Both the position numbers and the translations under genes were made by a program. Positions 59,313-63,956 of a stretch of 63,956 nt of DNA are shown one piece after another (within the stretch, counting starts at the first letter, position 1; each line of letters begins with the position of its first letter). The DNA comes from Actinomycetales bacterium. GTDB taxonomy: Bacteria > Actinomycetota > Actinomycetes > Actinomycetales > Dermatophilaceae. The notes below the pieces were generated by a model. That model saw nothing but the letters and a program-made list of their open reading frames with translations. It did not search any database and was not told the DNA's origin. The stretch spans positions 1-63,956 of the forward strand of contig JBBPZD010000113.1 in assembly GCA_038199265.1 (NCBI GenBank), in the 5' to 3' direction.

Positions 59313-60083
59313 TCAGCGGACCAGGTATCCGCCGTCGACGGCGAGCAGGTGTCCGTTGACGTAGTCCGAGGCCCGGCTGGCCAGGAAAACGATCGCGCCC
59401 ATCAGATCAGCCGGGTCTCCCCACCGCCCAGCGGGGATGTGCTGGGTGATCCGCTCGGCTCGCTCTGCCCGCGCAGCAGCGGCAACGGCCGTCGCGAAGT
59501 AACCGGGCGCGATGGCGTTGACCTGCACGTTGTACTGCCCCAGTTCGTCGCAGTACGCCTTGGTGAAGCCCGCGATCCCGGCTTTGGAGGCCGCGTAGGC
59601 CGGCGAGCCCCGACCGCCGAGGAAAGTGAACAACGAGGCGATGTTGATGATTTTTCCGTGACCCTGATCGCGCATCACCAGCCCTGCCTCGCGGGCCATG
59701 TCGAAGGCGGCCGTCAAGTTGATCGCGAGCATCGGGTCCCACTGATCGCGGGTGAAATCCTCCACGTTCGCGATCAGGCAGATGCCGGCACAGTTGACCA
59801 GGATGTCAACCGACCCCAACCGGTCGATGCACTCGCGCACCACCTCGCGCGCAACCTCGGCTCGGGTGATGTCGGCCTGCACGAACTCCAAGCGTCGACC
59901 CGCTCCCTCCACAAGGGAACGGGTCGTTCCGTCGTCGTCGGTGAGACCGACGACCAGGACGTCGGCGCCAGCCTTCGCGAGCGCCACCGAGAACGCCTGC
60001 CCTAGGCCGGAATTCCCGCCGGTCACGATGGCGTTTCGCCCCTCGAGTGAGAAGAACTCCAGCCCGAACTCCTCCATCCTCAC
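59313..60083 (-). CDS. ygcW: SDR oxidoreductase (YgcW/KduD-like)
   Basis: FFSLEGRNAIVTGGNSGLGQAF, YAASK, IAPGY and VDGGYLVR. Confidence 0.85.
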   Translation of the reverse strand: MRMEEFGLEFFSLEGRNAIVTGGNSGLGQAFSVALAKAGADVLVVGLTDDDGTTRSLVEGAGRRLEFVQADITRAEVAREVVRECIDRLGSVDILVNCAGICLIANVEDFTRDQWDPMLAINLTAAFDMAREAGLVMRDQGHGKIINIASLFTFLGGRGSPAYAASKAGIAGFTKAYCDELGQYNVQVNAIAPGYFATAVAAAARAERAERITQHIPAGRWGDPADLMGAIVFLASRASDYVNGHLLAVDGGYLVR

Positions 60084-60116
60084 GCAGTCATCCTCTCCTG
60101 CACTCCATTTCAGCCG

Positions 60117-61097
60117 TCAGGCGACGATGATGGCGTCGTCAGCACTGAGGGCGTTCGAGCCGTCCAATGCAGGGGGCGTTGCAGGTTCAACCGTCGCACC
60201 GACCAGGCGTAGGTCCTGGCCGATCAGGTCCTCGTAGAGTTTGAACGGGCTCATCTCGCCCGCCCGGTCCCCGTAGGTCGCGCGTGCGCGCCGATACACC
60301 TGCTCCACCAGCGCCGACACCTCGGCAGAGACTCCCACCGAGCGAGCCAGGTCGATCGACAGCCCGAGATCTTTACAGGCCAACGCCACTGCGAACCCTT
60401 CGTCGTAGTCTCCCGAGTCGAGGATGGACCGCACATCGTGCTGCACGAAGTTGCTGTTCGCCGGGCTGGCGATCAGTGCATTACGCAATACGCCGAGGTC
60501 GACCCCCGCCCTTACGCCGATCGCCATTACCTCAGCTGTTGCCACCAGGTGAGAGAACCAGAGCTGGTTCAGCATCAGCTTCACCGCGTAACCAGTTCCG
60601 TTGCCCCCGACGTGCTGGATCCGCTCCGGGTCGCCCATCGCCTCGAAGACCGGCAGCAGTCGGGCGAAATCGCTCGCCTCAGCGCCCACGAAGATCTGCA
60701 GCGTGCCATTGGCAGCGCCGATACTCATCCCCGACACGGGAGCGTCGACGCAGTGCAGGCCACGGTGCTGGTGCAGGTCACGCACCTGATCGGTCACATC
60801 GGGCACCGAAGTCGACATGTCAACCCAGGTGCCCCCGTTGGGAATGCCCTCCAGCACCCCACCGCGTCCGAGGATCACCTGCGAAACATGGCGCGGGGTG
60901 GGCAGCATAGTGATCACGACATCACTGTGGGCAGCAACCACGGCGGGCGAGTCACACCAGATTGCGCCACCGGGCAGCAGGTGTCGTGCGGCCTCGGTAT
61001 TGATGTCGTTCACCATCAGCGGGTAGCCATGATTCTGCAGGTTTGCGGTCATGCCCGAACCCATGTTGCCCAGCCCGATGAATCCGATCGTGGGCAT
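60117..61097 (-). CDS. Beta-hydroxyacid dehydrogenase (3-hydroxyisobutyrate / tartronate-semialdehyde family)
   Basis: IGFIGLGNMG, DAPVSG, G...KL..N and F.V.LACKDL. Confidence 0.88.
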   Translation of the reverse strand: MPTIGFIGLGNMGSGMTANLQNHGYPLMVNDINTEAARHLLPGGAIWCDSPAVVAAHSDVVITMLPTPRHVSQVILGRGGVLEGIPNGGTWVDMSTSVPDVTDQVRDLHQHRGLHCVDAPVSGMSIGAANGTLQIFVGAEASDFARLLPVFEAMGDPERIQHVGGNGTGYAVKLMLNQLWFSHLVATAEVMAIGVRAGVDLGVLRNALIASPANSNFVQHDVRSILDSGDYDEGFAVALACKDLGLSIDLARSVGVSAEVSALVEQVYRRARATYGDRAGEMSPFKLYEDLIGQDLRLVGATVEPATPPALDGSNALSADDAIIVA

Positions 61098-61113
61098 TGT
61101 CGCGCTGGCCACG

Positions 61114-61653
61114 TCAGCGCTCCTCAGCAGCTGTGGCAGTCGGGGTGTAGAAGGGATTGGAGAGATGGTCGCGTGCAGCCAGGACGTCCTGGATGGACGG
61201 CAGCTTGGAGGCTCCATTACGCAGCGCCTCGCGTGTCGCATGGCGGTTGTTGCAAAAGACCGAGTCCGCATCGTCGGCGGCAGGGTTGACCCACACGGCC
61301 ACGATCAACGCGAGTGCGTCGACCTGTTCGGCATCGATGATGCCCTCGGCGACAGCATCCGCTACCCCGCCTGCGACACCGGCCTGTGCCGGACCCCAGA
61401 TGAGCCGCCCGTGCTCGTCGCTCGCCGGGGCGGCCTTGGTCACGAACAAGGTCATCGGCTTCACCGGCAGCGAAGGCCGCATGACAGCCACGAACGGGAC
61501 ATGTCCCGGGCTCGGCGAGGCCAACGCTGCGGCCCATGCCGCACCAGCCGGACCCTCGCGGTCACCGAGAACGGTGTTGATGTGGGCGGCGTTGGGGCCG
61601 TCTCCGGTGAAACACTCCCCGATCTGAGTCGGTGAGAGGTCGGTAGTACTCAC
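61114..61653 (-). CDS. fae: Formaldehyde-activating enzyme (Fae) family protein
   Basis: IGECFTGDG..AAHI, VKP.TLF..K, GPAQAGVA..V.DAVAEGII and C-terminal NPF; the catalytic-position His (AHI) is retained. Confidence 0.88.
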   Translation of the reverse strand: MSTTDLSPTQIGECFTGDGPNAAHINTVLGDREGPAGAAWAAALASPSPGHVPFVAVMRPSLPVKPMTLFVTKAAPASDEHGRLIWGPAQAGVAGGVADAVAEGIIDAEQVDALALIVAVWVNPAADDADSVFCNNRHATREALRNGASKLPSIQDVLAARDHLSNPFYTPTATAAEER

Positions 61654-61747
61654 GGGTGTCTGACTTTCTGTGGCAGGACGAGCGGAAATCCCCTGACCTC
61701 CTTACTGCAGCACGGTTGGTGCAATCCGCGCATGTACTGTTCCCACT

Positions 61748-62623
61748 ATGGCAACAGTCGATCGCCCACAGTCGCCGAGAGGGCGCCGAAACTCCAGCGG
61801 ACTAGCCCGCGATCTAGATATCTTGAACTACCTCACCGACAGCTCCACCCCGCCGCAGGGATACGGCGTCGTCGCAGTGGCCCGCGGCATCGGTCGCGAC
61901 AAGGCCGCCGTATCTCGGGCGATGGCGACCCTCGCTGACGCCGGCGTGTTGTCCCGCGACGCCGAGACCGGCCGCTACTGCGTGGGAAACCGGATCTTCG
62001 CGATGGCGGCTCGCTCCTCGGACGCCACGTTGAGCAGACTGGCTCGCCCCTACCTACGACGAGTCGCCGCCCATAGCCGCGAAACAGCTCACCTGTGTGT
62101 ACTGCGAGGCGGGATCGTGCTGACCACGATCACGGAGATGGGCCCGCACGAGATGCACACCGCCCGATGGGAGGGATACAGCACCAATCCGCTGCGGACA
62201 CCGTCCGGGCGGGTCCTGATCAGCGACTGGCCGAAGTGGGAGTTAAAGCAGTTGTGGTCCGAACACGCTGCACGGGCAGCAGACGCGGCACCGGACGTAG
62301 CGTCCCTGACGCCGGTCACCTACGAGTTCGGAACCCTGCTGGATCAGATCGAGCAGATTCGACGGCGCGGATTCGCTGTCTCCGACGAGGAATTCGAGAC
62401 CGGGGTGGTGGCCGCCTCGGCCCCTGTACGCGACCACCTCGATCGTGTCATCGCCGCCATCAACGTCAGCGCCCCCAAGGGCCGGATCGCCTTGAACCTG
62501 GACCGCCTCGGCATCTATGTGGCGCACATCGCAGGCCAGTGTTCTACCTTCCTCGGAGCGGCAGGACAACCCGAATACCGAAGGTCCCCGCATGCCGTGT
62601 ACGGCATGCGGGGACCTCGCTGA
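61748..62623 (+). CDS. IclR family regulator
   Basis: HTH, ETAHL, GRVL, IRRRGFAVS.EE..GV..ASAPV and AAINVSAP; divergent from the fae operon. Confidence 0.92.
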   Translation: MATVDRPQSPRGRRNSSGLARDLDILNYLTDSSTPPQGYGVVAVARGIGRDKAAVSRAMATLADAGVLSRDAETGRYCVGNRIFAMAARSSDATLSRLARPYLRRVAAHSRETAHLCVLRGGIVLTTITEMGPHEMHTARWEGYSTNPLRTPSGRVLISDWPKWELKQLWSEHAARAADAAPDVASLTPVTYEFGTLLDQIEQIRRRGFAVSDEEFETGVVAASAPVRDHLDRVIAAINVSAPKGRIALNLDRLGIYVAHIAGQCSTFLGAAGQPEYRRSPHAVYGMRGPR

Positions 62624-62643
62624 CGACTCAGGATCGGGACGGA

Positions 62644-62823
62644 TCAGCCGTCGGTTGCCATCTCCGCGTCGGATTCGGCCTCAGCATCTGCTGCGGTCGC
62701 CCCTGCCGCAGCGACCTGCGCGTCTTTCCCGCCGGCATCGACCGTGCCTGCGGGTGCATCGAGCGGGTGCCCGTGCTCGCCTAAGCCCTGTTCAGTGCTG
62801 TTCTCTGCGGCTTCGCCACTCAT
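62644..62823 (-). CDS. Small acidic Ala-rich hypothetical protein (59 aa)
   Basis: AGGAG RBS, then MSGEAAENSTEQGLGEHGHPLDAPAG...ATDG*. Confidence 0.45.
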   Translation of the reverse strand: MSGEAAENSTEQGLGEHGHPLDAPAGTVDAGGKDAQVAAAGATAADAEAESDAEMATDG

Positions 62824-62901
62824 GAAGGTCTCCTACGGTTGGGTTAAATCATCGACCCAACCTTCGCACAGCCCACCCTTCGGCGCCCGAGGCTCCCGAG
62901 C

Positions 62902-62942
62902 AAAAGAAAGGCCCGCCCCGACGTGATGTCAGAGCGGGCCTT
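62902..62942 (-). terminator. Intrinsic terminator after rplQ
   Basis: AAGGCCCGC...GCGGGCCTT hairpin followed by TCTTTT on the minus strand. Confidence 0.85.
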
Positions 62943-62960
62943 CGAACTGGGAAGCGAAGA

Positions 62961-63713
62961 TCAGGCGTCAGTACCCTGATCGGCCGCTTCGGACACTTCC
63001 TCAGGCGATCCGGACTGAGCATCCTCGCCACCGGCAGGAGTGAAGCCCGCCGCAGCAGCCGCTTCAGACGTGGTGAACCACACCTCGGCGACGGTGCTGT
63101 CATACCAGCGCGAACCCTCGACGTGGTACTTCATCGAGTCCTCGTTGCCCTTGACCGTGAACTTCTCGGCGTCGGGTGACGCTCCGCCGTCCAACGGTTC
63201 AGCGGACTCCTCGCCGTACTTACCAGCGGTTGCATCGGTGCTTTCAGCGGCTGCCGCATCCTGCTCCGCGGCGTCCTCAGCGGCTGCGTCAGAGGCCGAA
63301 CGACGCGTTGCGCCTTCTGCCTCGGCGACGACGGCGCGTTTCGGCTTGGCCACGACGGACTCGCGGACTAGCTCGATCACGGCCATGGGGGCGTTGTCGC
63401 CCTTGCGCGGCGCAATCTTGGTGATCCGGGTGTAACCACCCGGACGCTCGGCCATGTCGGGCGCGATCTCGGTGAAGAGACGGTGTACGACGCTCTTGTC
63501 GTGCACCGTGGTCATCACGCGCCGACGAGCGTGCAGGTCACCGCGCTTGGCGAAGGTGACCAGACGTTCTGCGACGGGGCGCAGACGGCGGGCCTTCGCC
63601 TCGGTGGTGGTGATGCGGTCGTGCTCGAAGAGCGCCGTGGCCAGGTTGGCCAGCATCAGCCGCTGGTGCGCAGGACTGCCGCCGAGGCGGGCGCCCTTGG
63701 TGGGGGTAGGCAT
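62961..63713 (-). CDS. rplQ: 50S ribosomal protein L17 with C-terminal extension
   Basis: [20 protein letters not shown] and RPGGYTRI; extra domain [10 protein letters not shown]....WY..TVAEVWF. Confidence 0.97.
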   Translation of the reverse strand: MPTPTKGARLGGSPAHQRLMLANLATALFEHDRITTTEAKARRLRPVAERLVTFAKRGDLHARRRVMTTVHDKSVVHRLFTEIAPDMAERPGGYTRITKIAPRKGDNAPMAVIELVRESVVAKPKRAVVAEAEGATRRSASDAAAEDAAEQDAAAAESTDATAGKYGEESAEPLDGGASPDAEKFTVKGNEDSMKYHVEGSRWYDSTVAEVWFTTSEAAAAAGFTPAGGEDAQSGSPEEVSEAADQGTDA

Positions 63714-63763
63714 TGAATCTCCTTGGGGTACGAATCCGTCGCGGTGGCGGCAGATTCAGCGGC

Positions 63764-63955
63764 TCAGTACTGCTCGTCCTCAGCAAAGCCGCCGTCTTCG
63801 TCGGCCGCCTCGTCTTCGTCATAGCGGTCAGCGATGGCGCTCGCGTCGAACCCGGGAGGGCTGTCCTTGAGCTGCAGGCCCATCTCGACCAGCTTCTCCT
63901 TGACCTCGTCGATCGACTTCGCGCCGAAGTTGCGGATGTCGAGCAGGTCCTGCTC
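63764..63955 (-). CDS. rpoA: 3' end of RNA polymerase alpha subunit, truncated by window edge
   Basis: [34 protein letters not shown]...EQY*. Confidence 0.96.
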   Translation of the reverse strand, partial: EQDLLDIRNFGAKSIDEVKEKLVEMGLQLKDSPPGFDASAIADRYDEDEAADEDGGFAEDEQY

Positions 63956-63956
63956 C

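Noticed and set aside
1-63956. CRISPR arrays, tRNA or rRNA genes
   Set aside because: No regularly spaced repeat-spacer array or recognisable structural RNA gene was seen by eye. A covariance-model scan was not possible.

Overview
GC-rich actinobacterial chromosome segment (Micrococcales-like by gene content and synteny; inference). The conserved backbone is ychF, rmuC, ispH, xseAB, DUF4245, glpX, fumarase, glmM, rpsI, rplM, truA, rplQ and rpoA. Several accessory blocks interrupt it. The main candidate for an undescribed system is a ~14 kb island between xseB and DUF4245 with two convergent operons under duplicated promoters. Arm 1 (+) encodes a cupredoxin-like protein lacking copper ligands, a PQQ alcohol dehydrogenase with no signal peptide and a lanthanide-type WDYD motif, pqqA1, pqqBCDE, an MntP-like transporter and a 9-Cys mini-protein. 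Arm 2 (-) encodes a second MntP-like transporter, pqqA2 and katG. A GAF-LytTR regulator is adjacent, and both promoters share phased LytTR-type repeats and a CRP-like site. The second candidate, inserted between rplQ and truA, is an IclR-linked operon joining a formaldehyde-activating enzyme (Fae) homologue to orthologues of the E. coli orphan genes ygcW, ygcU and ygcE. Also present: a SigK/RskA module with two clear SigK promoters, an LpqY-SugABC-type sugar ABC transporter, VapC toxins with a broken antitoxin, a decayed Zn-dehydrogenase pseudogene and a small glycan-synthesis islet. All family assignments come from recalled motifs, not database searches.
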